Positions 1 through 14,559 of a stretch of DNA of 64,000 bases are shown here, piece by piece; within the stretch, counting starts at the first letter, position 1; each line of letters opens with the position of its first letter. The notes beneath the pieces are model-generated. The model saw only the letters and a list, made by a program, of their open reading frames with translations, made no database searches and was not told the origin of the DNA. The DNA lies in the NCBI RefSeq assembly GCF_009914755.1, contig NC_060926.1; one strand, 5' to 3'. Source of the stretch: the human T2T-CHM13v2.0 reference genome, Homo sapiens. Both the position numbers and the translations under genes were made by a program.

Positions 1-90
1 GTTTCCCCCTCTGTCAAATGGGAATGAGAATTTCGATGGGATGTCTCATGGGATGGTTGTGAAGATTAATGTGAGCCAGGATATGTGACA
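1..90 (+). mobile_element. MIR SINE fragment
   Basis: gtttccccctctgtcaaatggga...ggttgtgaagattaatgtgag resembles the MIR core (tttcctcatctgtaaaatggg...gttgtgaggattaaatgag). Confidence 0.6.
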
Positions 91-321
91 CCATTTTAAA
101 ATCCATACATTCCTATAAATCATAAGTTGTTTGTGATGACAATCCATTCATAACATCATTTTCAAATAATGGACAAATTAATCGATTCAGTTATCTTTTA
201 CTGAGATGAAGCATGGGAAGAAAATACATGGGTTCTGCTTTAATAGGCCTTAAAAATCTAATAATTACAATTAGCGTTTATATAGCATCATAGAATTCAC
301 AAAGTGCTTTCATCCTCTGTA

Positions 322-905
322 TCATTCATTCATTCGTTCAACCATGGAACTACAATGGTGTTAAATTAGAGCCCCTGACCTTGTGGTTAGGGAAAAACCA
401 ATACATAGGAGAGTAAATAAAATACTTAAAAGTTATAATACTTCTGATGAAGGAATTAAGCATAGGGTAGAATGGTAAACCATAGGTATGAGTGCAGAGG
501 GTGAATTTTAGGAGAATGATTGGAGAGTGTCTGAGGCAGTCATAGTCAAGTGGAGACCTAAAAAGATCAAGAGGGCTTGGCTATGTACAGAATTGGGAAG
601 AGTGTTCCAAGCAGAAGAATCAAGTGGCTAAGTGGTCCTGCAGCAGAACAGAGTAGAAAGCACTAGGCTCAAACCCAGGGAGGAGACACAGAACCGGGCT
701 GGTTGACAGAGGGCTGGCGAGGCCACATTAAGGAGTCTGGATTTTATTCTAAGTACAATGCCAACCCGCTGGAGGCTTGTAAACCAGGTAATTTCTAAAT
801 GATGAGAAGATCACTTTACTGCTTTGAGGAGAATGGATTGAAAGGGATAAGAATGGAAATGAGGAAACCACTAAAGAGGCTGTTGCATTAATCAGGAGAG
901 AGAAA
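322..905 (-). mobile_element. L2 LINE 3' fragment
   Basis: Begins with the (attc)n L2 tail complement; ggccacattaaggagtctggattttattctaag and gagaatggattg...gaggctgttgca are typical antisense L2 blocks. Confidence 0.75.
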
Positions 906-1180
906 GAGAATCTTTATTTAATTATGACCAGTGGAATTTGTTAGATATGAGAGCAGACACATAAACTCTACTGACCTAACTCCATCTCATCCCTGGGGTG
1001 TCAGGGGTTCAGAGGAGGAGATATTATTTCATCTAGTTCCAGGATGGCAGTACTCTTTTTTGTCAGCAGTTTTGAGAGTTGAATTAAAATGATCATGGGA
1101 ATTAAGCAGTTGTTTTACATATTTACTTTAACCGATCTGTCACGGATTTATCCATGTCAAACATCTACAGTTTAGGATTC

Positions 1181-1346
1181 TGATATGGCTTGGCTCTGTG
1201 TCCCCACCCAAATCTCAAGTTGAATTGTAATCCCCATTTGTTGAAGGAGGGGCCAGGTGGGAGGTGATTGGATCATGGGGGTGGATTTCCCCCATGCTTT
1301 TCTCACGAGATCTGATGGTTTAAAAGTGTGGCACGTCCCCCCTTGT

Positions 1347-1385
<39 letters not shown>

Positions 1386-1564
1386 CTCTCTCTCTCCTGC
1401 CACCATGTAAGACATGTTTGTTTCCCCTTCACCTTCTGCCATGATTGTAAGTTTCCTGAGGACTCCCCAACCTTGCAGAACTGTGAGTCAATTAAACCTT
1501 CTTTGTTTATAAATTACCCAGTCTCAGGTAGGTCTTTATAGCAGTGTGAGAACGTACTAATACA
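1181..1564 (+). mobile_element. THE1D-like MaLR solo LTR with internal (CT)n expansion
   Basis: Starts tgatatggcttggctctgtgtccccacccaaatctc, ends ctaataca; near-TSD gattc/gactc; (CT)n at ~1348-1396. Confidence 0.9.
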
Positions 1565-1867
1565 GACTCCGTGTTAGTTTGCTATGGCTACCAAAACAAA
1601 GTACCACATACTGGGTGGCTTAAACAACAATAATTTATTTTCTCACAATTCTGGAGGCTGGAAGTCTAAGATCAAGGTGTCATTAGGGTTTTTTCTGAAA
1701 CTCCTTCTCTGGCTTGTAGACACCATCTTCTTCTCCTTGTGTTCTCACACGATCTTCTTTCCATGTGTGTCTGCTCTAATCTCTTCTTAAAAGGATATCC
1801 ATCATATTGGACCAATGCCCCTCTTAACCACCTCATTTTAGCTTACCTTAACAACCTCTCTCTCTCT

Positions 1868-2764
<897 letters not shown>

Positions 2765-3921
2765 TTAGACTACCTTTATTTACCTCCGAATACATTCTGA
2801 GGTACTAGTGGTTAGGGGTAAACATGTACATTTTGGGGAGATGCGATTCCTTCTGTAACAGATTTTAAGAGGAAATCTGTTTTTGGGGAATCAAGTCTGA
2901 TAATAGAAGTCAGAATACAGTTAACCTATTTCTGGCATTTGCTGAAATAGTTACATTTCTCCTAAGTCTTCAAGAAAAAGATGTCGTTTTCTTTCATAAT
3001 TAGTACCAACTGTGATGACTTACATGCCTCCTCAAGGGATTGTTCAGCACATTCGCTAAACCTTTGTTAGACTACCAGGCTACCTCTTGTTAATATTCAT
3101 GTGATTTGTGCTCTCTTTAAGAGTAATACATTAACTTCTCTTCAGCTAGGTAAACTTTGGGGGGGAAATGTGATAAGAACAAACAAGAGCTGGTGTTGAT
3201 GCACTTTGCAATTATGTGCTTTCTCCATTTTCTCTCCGGTATATAGTTAAAAGAGTCAATTTTTTTCATGCACATTTTGTAGCCATGATGCTTAGAGGCA
3301 CCACCTTCTCTATTGAAGCAACCATGGGTGAAGCCACAAGTTGTTTAGGAGATATTAGCACTTCTCTCCCTGGACACAGCCTGAGCCCATGAAAAGAAGA
3401 CGCTGCGGTCAACGAGAGGAGAGGCCCAGGTCGGTGAAGCTCGGAAGTCTCTCTTTGGGCATTGTGTGGATCCACGCTCACTCAACGGTTCGCAGTTTTG
3501 GCTTTTCTTTCCTTTGGTGAGGAGAGAGATTTGTTGCTAAATGGAATTCAGTTGGCTATTGATATTCACGTCTCATGAAAATTTTGGAGGCGCTAGTTAC
3601 AAAACTTTGAGACTAACAAGGTACATGAGTGTTTACCAGCCCATGAGTAATGTGGAGTCGCCACCCTTGAAAAAGCTTTCTGTTCCCCACATGAATGATC
3701 ATGATCAGAACCAGGAATGACTATTGGCATCTTCAGGAATCAAAGTTTGAAGCCAGAGAGTTTTTCTGGAAATTGGTGTTGGGCTACAACATGTGGTGTT
3801 GGGGGGAGATCCTTAAATGAGCAGGGCCTTGGTATTCCACCAGAGAACTTTCACTGGGTTATTTAGGAAGTTGCTGGGGCCTTTGGCTTCTACCACACTA
3901 GATGAAGCAGAAGGATAACTG

Positions 3922-4006
3922 GCTTTGGACTCAGGTGCTGGCTGGACCACTACTAATTGTGTGACCTCCCTGAGCCTCAGTTTTCATACTTGAAAATAGG
4001 GATAAC
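3922..4006 (+). mobile_element. MIR fragment
   Basis: ttgtgtgacctccctgagcctcagttttcatacttgaaaatagggataa. Confidence 0.6.
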
Positions 4007-4477
4007 TCATAAATGGCTTGGGTCATAGAAGAAGCTTAGTAAATATTTGGAGACTGAATGACCATTTCCTTCCTTACCTCAGTTCATCCTCCCTCCATCC
4101 TGCTTTCTTCGAGTTCTTTGTCTCTGTCTTTATCAGAAGCACTTCTTAGAGGTGATTTCTTTAGATTTTAATATATCTTCACATGGATTTAGCATACTGC
4201 CGTCCATCTTAGGGCTATCTTTAATCTGTGTCCTTCACTATGAAGAGAAAATTATATGTCCTCTTAAAGGGTTTTGAAGCATTATTATTTAGGAAATAGG
4301 TGGAAAGGCATTGGTAATACCGCCCAAAGTATGGAACAAGAGAATGATTACAGGGGTAACTGCTTTGATAGCCTCAAAACTGTTGAGCTTCCATATCATA
4401 CCTATTAGTCTTCATGTCCCTATTGTCTATACCATCACTCAGCCAACAGAAATAATATGTTCTTTCAGACAAAAACT

Positions 4478-4690
4478 AATTCAAGGCTGGCTTCGCTACT
4501 TCAAACTGTGTGAACTTGGGTAAGTCTCTTGGCTTCTCTGAACCTCAGCTTTTTCATCTGTAAAATAGGAATAATATATAAATGACAACATTGAAGAGGT
4601 ATTAGAAGCTTAAATACAAAGAATACATTTAGAGCACTTAGCACAGTTGTGGTTACATGTAAGTGCTCAATGAATGGTGTTATTTTTCTT
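4478..4690 (+). mobile_element. MIR
   Basis: ctgtgtgaacttgggtaagt...ctctgaacctcagctttttcatctgtaaaatagga...agcacttagcacag...aagtgctcaat. Confidence 0.85.
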
Positions 4691-5507
4691 GTTATTAATA
4701 TTGATTCTAATGTATTTTTAAAAAGCCCCTAAGAAAATGTCTAGAATAGTGTATGCTCAGTATGTAGTAATAATGGTTATTTTGATTATTTTTATTGTCA
4801 CAAGAAACCTTTAAAACTAACATAAATATTCTTCCCAGTGCCATACCTATGAAGGGGCCTAACTAAACCAGGCCCTAAGCTGCTGAGACCCAACAAAGCT
4901 GAGCCTGTAACCCACAGCCTCAATGCCAGCAGTTGTCTTGGACTTTCTTATTTTCATGCTTCCTTTTGCTCTTCTATATCTGCTGTGTTCCTTGGCTTCT
5001 GGCTTCTGATTTCTCAGCCTGGCCTTGCACTCCTAGCTCCATACATGTCCCTAGCGATCATCGATCAGGTGGCCAGCCTGATCCTTCTGTTTTAACTTGG
5101 GGACTGTGTACATGGCTTACCTTATCTTCTGACTCCTACAAACTTCTGCCTTTCCTCTGGCCTCTGCTGGGCTCTGGGATCCCCAACAAGGGCTTAGACA
5201 AAATCTAGCCATGATCTGGGTTTGGTCATTAGAAAGTCCTTGATCAATCAAATTGTTTTAAAATTTATTACTTCCAGATATTTATTTGGTACCGAATTCC
5301 ATCTTGGATACTTAATTCTACTTTTTAGATGATCTCCCTTCATTTCTGCTGATTTATTTGGCTTGTAAGAGGATTCTAGGATCATTCATCTTGTCCTCAT
5401 TGTGAGAAAGCTGCTAGCTATCTGTTGCTCATAGTATTAGCAATATTTTGTTGATTCTGACTCTGTCACTCTCTGGCACATAATTTTACAAAGATTGCTT
5501 TACAGGG

Positions 5508-5878
5508 TGTCTTAGTCCATTTTGTGTTGCTGTAACAGAATACCACAGACTTGGTAATTTATAAAGAAGAAATTGTATTTCTCATAGTTCCAAAGGCTAA
5601 GAAGTCCAAAATCAAGGTGCTGGCCTCTGGTAAGGGCCTTTTTGTTGTGTCATCCCATGGAGGAAGACAGAAGGGCAAAAGAGCATGTGAGAGAGCAAGA
5701 GAGAGCTGAATCCACTTTTATCAGGAGCCCACTCCTGAGAGAATTAACCTACTTCTGTGATAATAATGTTACTCCATTCATGAAGGCTCTGCCCCTTAAA
5801 GGTTCTGCCTCTCAACACTATTGATTAGGGATTAAGTTTCCAACACATGTACTTTGGGGGACACATTCAAAGCACTAG
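5508..5878 (-). mobile_element. MST (MSTC/D-like) MaLR LTR
   Basis: tgtcttagtccattttgtgttgctgtaacagaataccacagac...ttaagtttccaacacatg...ttgggggacacattcaaa. Confidence 0.85.
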
Positions 5879-6165
5879 AGGGCCTGGTCTAATGATTAGG
5901 AGGATCATTGACCAATGGGTAGAACAGACTGAAACACTTTTGGGAAAACTGCCCTGGGTCTATGCCAAAATGTCTAGAGAGAGAGACCAAAGATCTTGCC
6001 AAAGCCCTTAGTCCCGCTGCTGGCCCATGAATTCTGCTAGTTAAAAGGTTCAGCCAGCTTTAATTAAAAGCTTGATTCTGCAGTTAGCTGCTTGATATCT
6101 ATATTATTCCTTACCCATTTGAATTCTGCAGACTTCCATAAGCTATTACCAAGGGCTATTTAATA

Positions 6166-6396
6166 CAGGTTGAGTATCCCTTATCTGAAATGCTTGGGAG
6201 CAGAAGTGTTTCCATTTTGATATATATTTTTTTGGCTTTTGAAATATTTGCATTATACTTATTGGTTGAGCATCCCTAATCTAAAAATCCTAAATACGCC
6301 AATGAGCATTTTTTTAAGCATCATGTTGGTGATCAGAATGTTTTGAGTTTTGGAGCATTTGGATTTCTAATTTTCAGATTATGAATACTCAACCTG
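6166..6396 (-). mobile_element. Tigger4a (MER46/Zombi) MITE
   Basis: TIRs caggttgagtatcc / gaatactcaacctg, 5' TA flank, ~230 bp. Confidence 0.85.
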
Positions 6397-7661
6397 AATA
6401 TACATTTCAGCAAATCCTTGTCAAAATAAGCCCAATAAATAAATAAATATGCCAGCTTAGCTCTCTAAACTGTGATCTTCCTCTCATGCAGAGGCTTCCT
6501 GATAACAATTAGTAAACTATGGTCATGCTGTGTGTGCCTCTTGGGATCTAAATAGATTTTCATTCCATGCAGAAAAGTGGACAAGTCGAATGCTTAAAAG
6601 AAAATACATACCCACACTCCAATAAAAACAACACAACATTTATTTCAGGGTCATTTCATCAGGCAAAAAGGCTGCCTTTTAGCTGCTTCGATGCTTTCTG
6701 AAACCTTTCAAGCTAGGAGGAGAGTGATTCTGGTTTGTGTGGCTAAAACACTAGAGAGGATGATTGGTTTCATTAGTCAGAGAGGAGTGATAATATGCTG
6801 CAATACTTCTCCAGTTATTGGGCACTTTATGTTAATAACTCATGATGGCTTGAGTGTTTAGGTGTATATTTCAAACTCAGTATAAAATACCATGCCATTA
6901 AGAATTTAAACCCATTTTAATTTAATTATGGTCAAGAGCTGGTTCAAGCAATCTCGTGTTTTTGTTGGCTAGTTTTAATATTGCAAATTTCAAATATAAA
7001 GATTTATTTTCTTTTACTCTTTGCTCTTTTTAGTCTGGATTGTTAAAAACCTTAATCATTTAAAAGAACACAGATTTGGAAAATGAAGTGCAATTGAAGT
7101 TATGGAAAATTGTATTTTTCTTCAATACTATTTTGTTTTCCATTTTGAAATGTGCCAAATTTTTCCTGCCCATAATAGATTGATTACTCACATGTTCTTT
7201 TTACCTTCTTTTTGTCCTTAAATGACTTTTCCATTCTTTGAGCAGCTACACTGTTGTCACATAATTTTTCTGCCATGGCCTAAAGTGAAAAAAAACCCCT
7301 ACCAGTTGAAAATATATCAAAGTGATTATCATTTAATTACCATCCAAGTCAACTTGGGATATGACAAATTGAGATGATTTCCTGGGTCCTGACTTCTGGG
7401 GCCTCCTGTGTGGTGTCTTGGCCTGGCTACTGTACGGGGGCTGCCAGGGGAAGAGTTAGCACAGGACAACTGGTAGTAAATAATATCTGGGCTCATGTAT
7501 AAACTGAATCACAAAAGACTACCTTATCCTATGGTTCTACCTTGTCTTATGGTTCCAGAATCCTTCTACACACTCTTCATGCTAACTCATTTTGGTGTCC
7601 TTTGATAATCAATTTAACTAGACCTAGCTTATATAAAAATATTTTTTAAAATAAAATGAGT

Positions 7662-7884
7662 GTCAGGAGTTTGAGACCAGCCTGACCAACATGGTGAAAT
7701 CCCGTCTCTACTAAAAATACAAAAATTAGCAGGTTGTGGTTGCGCATAATCCCAGCTACTCAGGAGGCTGGGGCAGGAGAATCGTGTGAACCTGGGAGAC
7801 GGAGGTTGCAGTGAGCAGAGACCACACCACCGCACTCCACCCTGGGCAACAGAGCAACACTCTGTCTCAAAAATAAAATAAAAT
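7662..7884 (+). mobile_element. 5'-truncated AluS
   Basis: Starts gtcaggagtttgagaccagcctg; (aaaat)n tail; TSD aaaataaaatgag at 7648-7660 and 7885-7897. Confidence 0.95.
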
Positions 7885-9109
7885 AAAATAAAATGAGGGT
7901 GAGAAGTGAGTTCCTGCTGAGAGATTTCCCTTGAATCTGAACACCCCGAATCTGTTGACCCTGACTCTTCAGCTTCTAGGGATGAACTTGGTTATCAAAG
8001 GCATTTGGGGAACTGATGAATGGTATACATTTAATGCCTATGTATAGCTTATATTCCTGATGGCAACTTTTTAGGGCCAATCCTCAGTTCTCTACTATCT
8101 CCAGCCATGGGGACCTTGTGATCTCCAAATGCAGTAGGCAACAGGCTCCCTAAATATAAATCTTGGGTCTTTGAGTTCTCTGTAACTTTCCATTGGTAGC
8201 AAACAGTGAAATGATGGATCCCCAGGTGGGGCAGTGTGTCCATATAGTTTTGTATTATAATGTTTAATTTTGAAAGTATATAATATTTAATTTGGAAAAA
8301 GTACAAGTATGTCAGTCTGGTTTTCTTATATAAACTACAAAATGAGAAAGATAATTGGTTGGTTGGGATATGAAGACAAAAAAATTATAAGGATTTAGAT
8401 ACAGGTTTAGGGAGAGAGCAGAATTACCTTCTTAATTAGCTTATGAATTAGCTTCATAATTATATAATATGTGTCCATTGTATATATATGTGTGGGTGTG
8501 TATATATATATGTATATAAATAAAATGTATAGAGGTCATTTTACCTTCCAGTTTTTTTAGTTAGCCAATTATAAATATTTTTCCATGTGGTTTCAAAAGC
8601 CTTCATGCTTTATATGTCTAATAGATGAGAGCTATCCCATTGTGTTGCTATAGGATAATTCTCTTAAACCTTATGCCCTGTTGAATTTTTGGTGTGAGAT
8701 TTTTGAGTAAAGGGTAATAGACAGTGTGACCACTCTTGCTTTAATTGCCTTATTGTGACCAAAAAGCTGGCCCAAATTTACATGACAATCAGCATAGGGA
8801 AGTGAACCAATTTTCAATTCAACTTTACCATCACATTCCCTTCCAGAAGCCACTTTCAAAATATTACCTCCCACATTGCACACTCCCCTTACCACAAACA
8901 CCCACAGCCATTTCCTGAGGCTTGTCTCTATAGGACACCAAAACATTTAAGGGGAAAGTAAAATGCTCCAAATGCTTCCCAGATGTCTGAATGTGTGGCA
9001 TAATTTGGCATCAAAATGATTGGAGTTTTCATTTTCCAACTAGAGGGTTGGTAACATGCAAACACAACCTTAATATAGTAAGTAAGTTTCTTTTGTTTTT
9101 CTCAAATAG

Positions 9110-9200
9110 ACAAATTCATAAAGTATTTAATGAACACAAACTATGTGCCAGGTACAGTAGAGGGGAATAGAAAGCTTTAATAAGTATGGAGCCCATGATG
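9110..9200 (-). mobile_element. L2 3' fragment
   Basis: attcataaagtatttaatgaacacaaactatgtgccaggtacagt. Confidence 0.55.
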
Positions 9201-9755
9201 AAGTATATGCTGTTCTGAGAAGTATGCATATTGCATGGATGGGGCAAATATAGCAAGTATTCATACTGTTAAGCAAGTAGATTGTATTTATTACACACCT
9301 CTTTAAATTTATAAATTCAGTATATTACGTTCTGGACAATGTGTCAATTAGCTATCAACATATTTTTCACATGTTAGAGGACAGAAAATGGAGAAAAGGA
9401 AAGAGGAAGTCCAAGCTTGTGAGTAGAGGGCAAGAAAGAAATGTACTGCTCTCTTCCCAGTGGCTCATCTTCCACCCTCCAAGCTCTAAGAATGTTGAGT
9501 TGTCCTGCTGGTATGGACTCATCTCAAGGAGATACAAAAAAAAAAAAAAAAGATTGTTCTCATCAACTCCCCTAGTCAGGATTATCTTTCTGAGGTCTGA
9601 TTGTTCCAATCACAATCTTGGTGGAAGAGGCAGGCTTAGAATCAATCTATCAAATCCAGTGTTACTCTGATCAAAGCATTTCTTTGCTAGAGAATACCCA
9701 TGTCTGCACTTCTAACACATGCTTTAGGTAGGTGGTTAATTGGAAAAGTCTAGAG

Positions 9756-10097
9756 CACTGGTTCCTGACCTTTTTGGCACCAGGGACTGGTTTTGTGGAA
9801 GACACTTTTTCCATGGACTGGGGTCGGGGGACATGGTTTTGGGATGAAACTGTTCCACCTCAGATCATCAGGCATTAGTTAGATTCTCATAAGAAGCACA
9901 TAACCTAGATCCCTCGCATGCAGAGTTCACAATAGGATTTGCACTCCTATGAGAATCTAATGGCACTGCTGATCTGACAGGAGGCAGAGCTCAGGCAGTA
10001 ATGCTTGCTCAGCTGCTGCTCACCTCCTGTTGTGTGTCCAGTTCCTAACAGGCCAGGGACCCATATTGGTCTGCGGCTTGGGGGTTGGTGACCCCTG
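9756..10097 (+). mobile_element. MER1B (hAT-Charlie) non-autonomous DNA transposon
   Basis: tttttggcaccagggactggttttgtggaagac...gaaactgttccacctcagatcatcaggcattag...ggggttggtgacccctg; perfect 8-bp TSD gtctagag (9748-9755, 10098-10105). Confidence 0.93.
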
Positions 10098-10169
10098 GTC
10101 TAGAGGGAATAATCTGACTTGACTATAGGACCTCCAAGTGACGAGAGGCTTTAAGCTTAAGCAGTCTAT

Positions 10170-10300
10170 CACACTCCTTTTCAGGGTGAAAAATCAGAGA
10201 CTCAAAGGAAGAAAGTGACTGGTTCAAGGTGACACAGCTCATTGATGTCAGGGTGACAAACAGACAACACAGTCCTTCCATCTCTTGGTCTCCTAGATGC
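10170..10300 (-). mobile_element. MIR/MIR3 fragment
   Basis: gagactcaaaggaagaaagtgactggttcaaggtgacacagc. Confidence 0.55.
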
Positions 10301-10433
10301 TTGTTTTCTTTTCCACCATCCAATGCTCCATGTTCATTCCATAGTGAGGAAGAGGCATGAAGGGGAAGAAGTGAATGATTATATGAAGCTAATTTTACTT
10401 ATTAAGCAACTACTATTTCCCAGATTCCACTTC

Positions 10434-10918
10434 TGTGGTAGATTGCAAAGATGGCCCCAGTTCTTTACCCCATCCTGTATCCATATGATTTACTATGTAA
10501 CTTTGTGGCTTCCACTATCAAGAGGCAGTATCCATGGCCAACCCCTTGAATTTAGGCTAGCCTTGAGACTGGCTTTGACTCTTAGAGGTTACCAAAGTCT
10601 CACTCTGCCAGTTCTGAGCCTAAGCCTCAAGAGGCTTACATGCTTCTACTCTCTTTTGGAAATGTGTCAGCATCTTGAGATTAACCCCGGACAACAACAT
10701 AGCCCAGCCTTCATTGTCATCCCAGATTGCAGCTATCCTAGACCAGCCACTCCCCAGCCCACCTGCCACCTGGCTGCAGACTTATGAGTGAGTCCAGAAG
10801 TCAGCCATGTCTGCCCTAGGTCAGCTAAACCAACCAGCTGGGCAATAACAAATGCATGTTTACTCTTTTTATCTGATGAGTTTTGGAGTGGTTTTTTACT
10901 CAAAAATAACAACAGATA
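10434..10918 (+). mobile_element. MLT1 (G/H-like) MaLR LTR
   Basis: tgtggtagattgcaaagatggcccc...ccccttgaatttaggctagccttgagactggctttgac...gagttttggagtggtttttta. Confidence 0.75.
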
Positions 10919-11262
10919 TGGCTATAATGGTGTCTAGTCATGTGATCCTGATTGTGCTACATATTCCCCAAGTCCCTGCATTCTGAATGGCAGAAAAAGT
11001 GTCTGGCCCACCTTTATCCTGGCTCAGCTGGATTTATGCTGACCCCAGGGAAACCTTTCAAGAACTGTGGCACCAACATGGGTATTGTCCTGGTGTGGCA
11101 TCCCTCAGAGATAGGCTCCTAGGAGGATGCAGTTAGCAGCAATGAAGGCTATAATGAAGCCAGGGGTCATGCAGCTTCTGATGCTCTGGGTCACTGAATC
11201 TTTGCTTACGGGATCCCCCATGAACATCAAAGGTCTGTCCTACTTAATGCTTACATGCAGCC

Positions 11263-11638
11263 TGCTGTGGACTGAATTGTATCCCTTGACACCCTCAATT
11301 ATATATTGAAGCCCTAATCCCAAATGTGATGGTATTTGGACATGGGCCTCTGGGAGGTAATTAGCTTTAGGTGAGGTCATGAACGTGGGGCCCTCATGGT
11401 GGAATTAGTGCCCATAAAAGAAGAGACAGCAGAAAGCTTGCTGTCTTTCTCTTCCATATGAGGACAGAGTGAGAAGGTGGCCCTTGGCAAGCCAAGAAGA
11501 GAGCCCTCCCCAGGATCTGACCATGCTGGCACCCTGATCCCATACTTCCAGTCTCCAGAACTGTGAGAAAATCAACATCTTTTGCTAAAGTCACCAGTCT
11601 ATGGCATTTTGTTATGGCAGCCCAAGAAAACCAATACA
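11263..11638 (+). mobile_element. MLT1A0-like MaLR LTR
   Basis: tgctgtggactgaattgt...tgaagccctaatcccaaatgtgatggtatttgga...ctatggcattttgttatggcagccc...aataca. Confidence 0.88.
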
Positions 11639-12290
11639 CAGCTGTTTCTAGTTAGGCAGATGTTTGGCATTGCTTCAGGGGAAAATAATTTGAATGGGTA
11701 AATGCATTTGTCACCCCAGATGTTTTGACAATGTGAAGAGTTAGCCAATATGTGCTGTGGCTGTCCCAGGGAGTAGTTTCTGGGCAAAGGGAGAAATTTC
11801 AGGAGGGGCCAGAAGAAGCTTCTTTCTCTTCTGTGCCGGGGAAGTACATGTTTCTTTTTGGAAAGAGGGTAATAGAACTCTACATGCAAGTCATTGGCCC
11901 ATGGAGATTTGTGAAAAGCATATAATTCCCTTCTTTTAGCTGTAAACAGTCTATAATAAGCAACTCCCCCTGCTAGTATGCAATTGTCTTCCTTCTTTCA
12001 GACACTGGTAGCCACTGTTGAATTTATGATTCAAAATTGCAGTAAGTAAAGTCTTCACAAAGTCAAATGAGTGAGAAGCAGAATGCAAAAAGATGAAAAG
12101 TATGACTAGGACTTGTGCCAAGCAGAATTTCCAGTACCCACTCAACTGGCAGGTCTTAAGGCATAAATATTAGGCATGGACAATTGTGCCCCCACTGAGA
12201 CTTCCTCCATTTCCTGTAAACCAATAATTCTGTTAATTCTAAATTTGTCACGTGTGACTTGGAGAGTCAGGTTTTCTGACCACACAACTG

Positions 12291-12501
12291 CAGGTTGAGC
12301 AGACTTTTTCTACACGTGCCAGTTAACAAATATTTTCAGCTTTCCTAGCTATGTATGTGATAACAGCTCAATTCTGCAGTCATCCCATGAAAGCAGCCAC
12401 ACACAATGCTTGGATGAATGAGTATGGCCATGTTCCTAAAACACACCTTAAAGAGGTGACAGGCTAGATTTTGCCTGTGGGCTGTATTTTGCCAAGGCCT
12501 G
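12291..12501 (+). mobile_element. MER58A hAT transposon, apparently inside a MIR
   Basis: aaatattttcagctt...cagctcaattctgc...aaagcagccac...tggccatgttcc...gggctgtattttgccaaggcctg; degenerate 8-bp TSD cacaactg/ctctactg; MIR 3' part follows to ~12590. Confidence 0.75.
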
Positions 12502-13908
12502 CTCTACTGGGTTAAATGAATCAATGGCCACAAGGTGCTTTAAGCAGTGCCTGTAATATGGTGATCTCTTCTGAAGTGTTGGCTATTGGTTTTCCTTGCC
12601 TGTCATGAAGCAAGACAGCAGGGACTATGCGCTAAGAAAAATGGGCTAGGAGGTGGTAAATTTAAGACTCAGTCAAATAAAAATAAGAATAGGGGTGAAT
12701 TTGGTAGAGGTACGCGGAGCCCCAGTACTTGGTAGAGAATTAATTTAAACAATGTAATTCTCTTGTGGTGCCAGGAAATTAACATGTCATGTCCCATCAT
12801 GAAATAGGCTATCCTCCCTTTCTCTTCCATGTTAGCTTTATGAACTAACAGTCTATAGATATTCTGCATGCATAAGCTCCCTTGATACCCTGTACCCCAC
12901 TGTATCCATAAGAATTATGAGGCCATCGTTGTGACAAGACAAAGCAAACAGAGCTTTAAATCTCAAGGCATGTCATCTTGCATGATTCAGATTGTGTCTA
13001 CACTAATGTTGTGTCCAAAATTCTTACATGATTTACAAATCTTTTCACTCAATTCTGATTGCATTGGCTCAGTTCTGGATGCATTGCTATATTAGTTTTT
13101 TGCAGGTGCGTGAAAACATTTAGCATGATTAATTGTTTCTCCAAGAGCCAAAAGGTAAATGATGAAAGAATTGGATAGAAAACATGTTAACAAGATATTT
13201 TATATTAGCTCCAAGGAGCTAGATCAATTACTATGACGTGTTACATGTTCAGAAGTCAGGAAATTCTAAATTATGGCTCCCAGTATGAACATAACTCAGC
13301 CCCTTTGCACATGCAATATTTTATATGACTGTATATGGTGTTAACTTTAATGCTTTAACATCTATGCTTAATGTGGCAACTATAAATTTGAATTTCTTGA
13401 CTTCAGAGGTTATAACATTTAACCATACAGCTGCATTGACATACTTACTGCATTCAAATATTTCTTGGGATAATAGTTTGAAAAATAAATCCCTTATATG
13501 TATGAACCTGGTCTTTTTAATTAACGTGAAGAAATAAAAAGAGTGTGGTCTTGTCAATGTTTAGCTCTGTGGCCCTCTCTAGATCATTTGAACTAAGTGG
13601 ATTGTGACTGAACAACTTTCACTTCCTGGTGGTTTCTACACCAAATCATATCTTGAGGAAGATGGATTTTCTGAACTTTGTTGTGTTATTTATTTTAGGA
13701 GGTTTGATCATCCCTAGAGATGATGTGAAAAATATGAGACATGTGCAGAGCTTAATTCCGGGTTGCATTATTTACATTGTAGTAACTGTGAATAGAATCC
13801 TCTTCATTTTAAAATCTAACAAGAGAGTCAGATAGGAGATTTATAATTTAAAAAATTCTGCATGGCTGAGGTATAACAATTTTTTTCCCATTAAGAAAAC
13901 TGATATTG

Positions 13909-14030
13909 TGGCTAAGTGTGGTGGCTCACACCTATAATTCCACCACTTTGGGAGGCTGAGATGAAGGATCCCTTGAGCCCAGGAGTTTGAGAACAGCCTG
14001 GGCAACATGGTGAGACCTTGTCTTTATTTC
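13909..14030 (+). mobile_element. FLAM_C / AluJ left monomer
   Basis: gtggctcacacctataattcc...cttgagcccaggagtttgagaacagcctgggcaacatggtgagacc; no right arm. Confidence 0.88.
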
Positions 14031-14559
14031 TCTCTCTCTCTCTTTAAAGAAACTGGTATCAGGGGCACTTGTTTCTTCTAGATACATTTCTTTGCTACCA
14101 TGTGCACATTGTCTCATGCAAAGAACTTTCTCTAGTTTTAGGAAAATCTATCTCCCTTTTCCTCATTCCCATACTATTTAGGGATACAACTTCCTCTGGT
14201 TTAAGCAAATAGGTTGTGAGACCCCTGTCCTGACCACTGTTGGCAAGAAGCTGGAAGAGCCAGGAGGGAGTCTGTACTCTTAAACCACTTTGCTATTATA
14301 ACTAGTCCCAAGTTCCTTGTTCTTGAGCCAGGTACTCACCCCCCTCCACAGAAACCTACATGTAGGTACAGTCAGTATGGATCTTATTTCATAAGCTCAG
14401 GTGTGCAGGAAATGTTGCTTTTCTTTATTTTCTTTAAACTGATTTAATTTTAACTCCTGGCACCCATCCTACCAGGCTGTATTATATGCTGCTCACAAGA
14501 GCCATATTTTAAGTATAAAGATATAGAACAGTTGAAAGTAAAATAATGAAAGATGATAT

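Noticed and set aside
10323-10787. 154-aa ORF with ATG start
   Set aside because: Lies mostly inside an MLT1 LTR; no recognisable domain.
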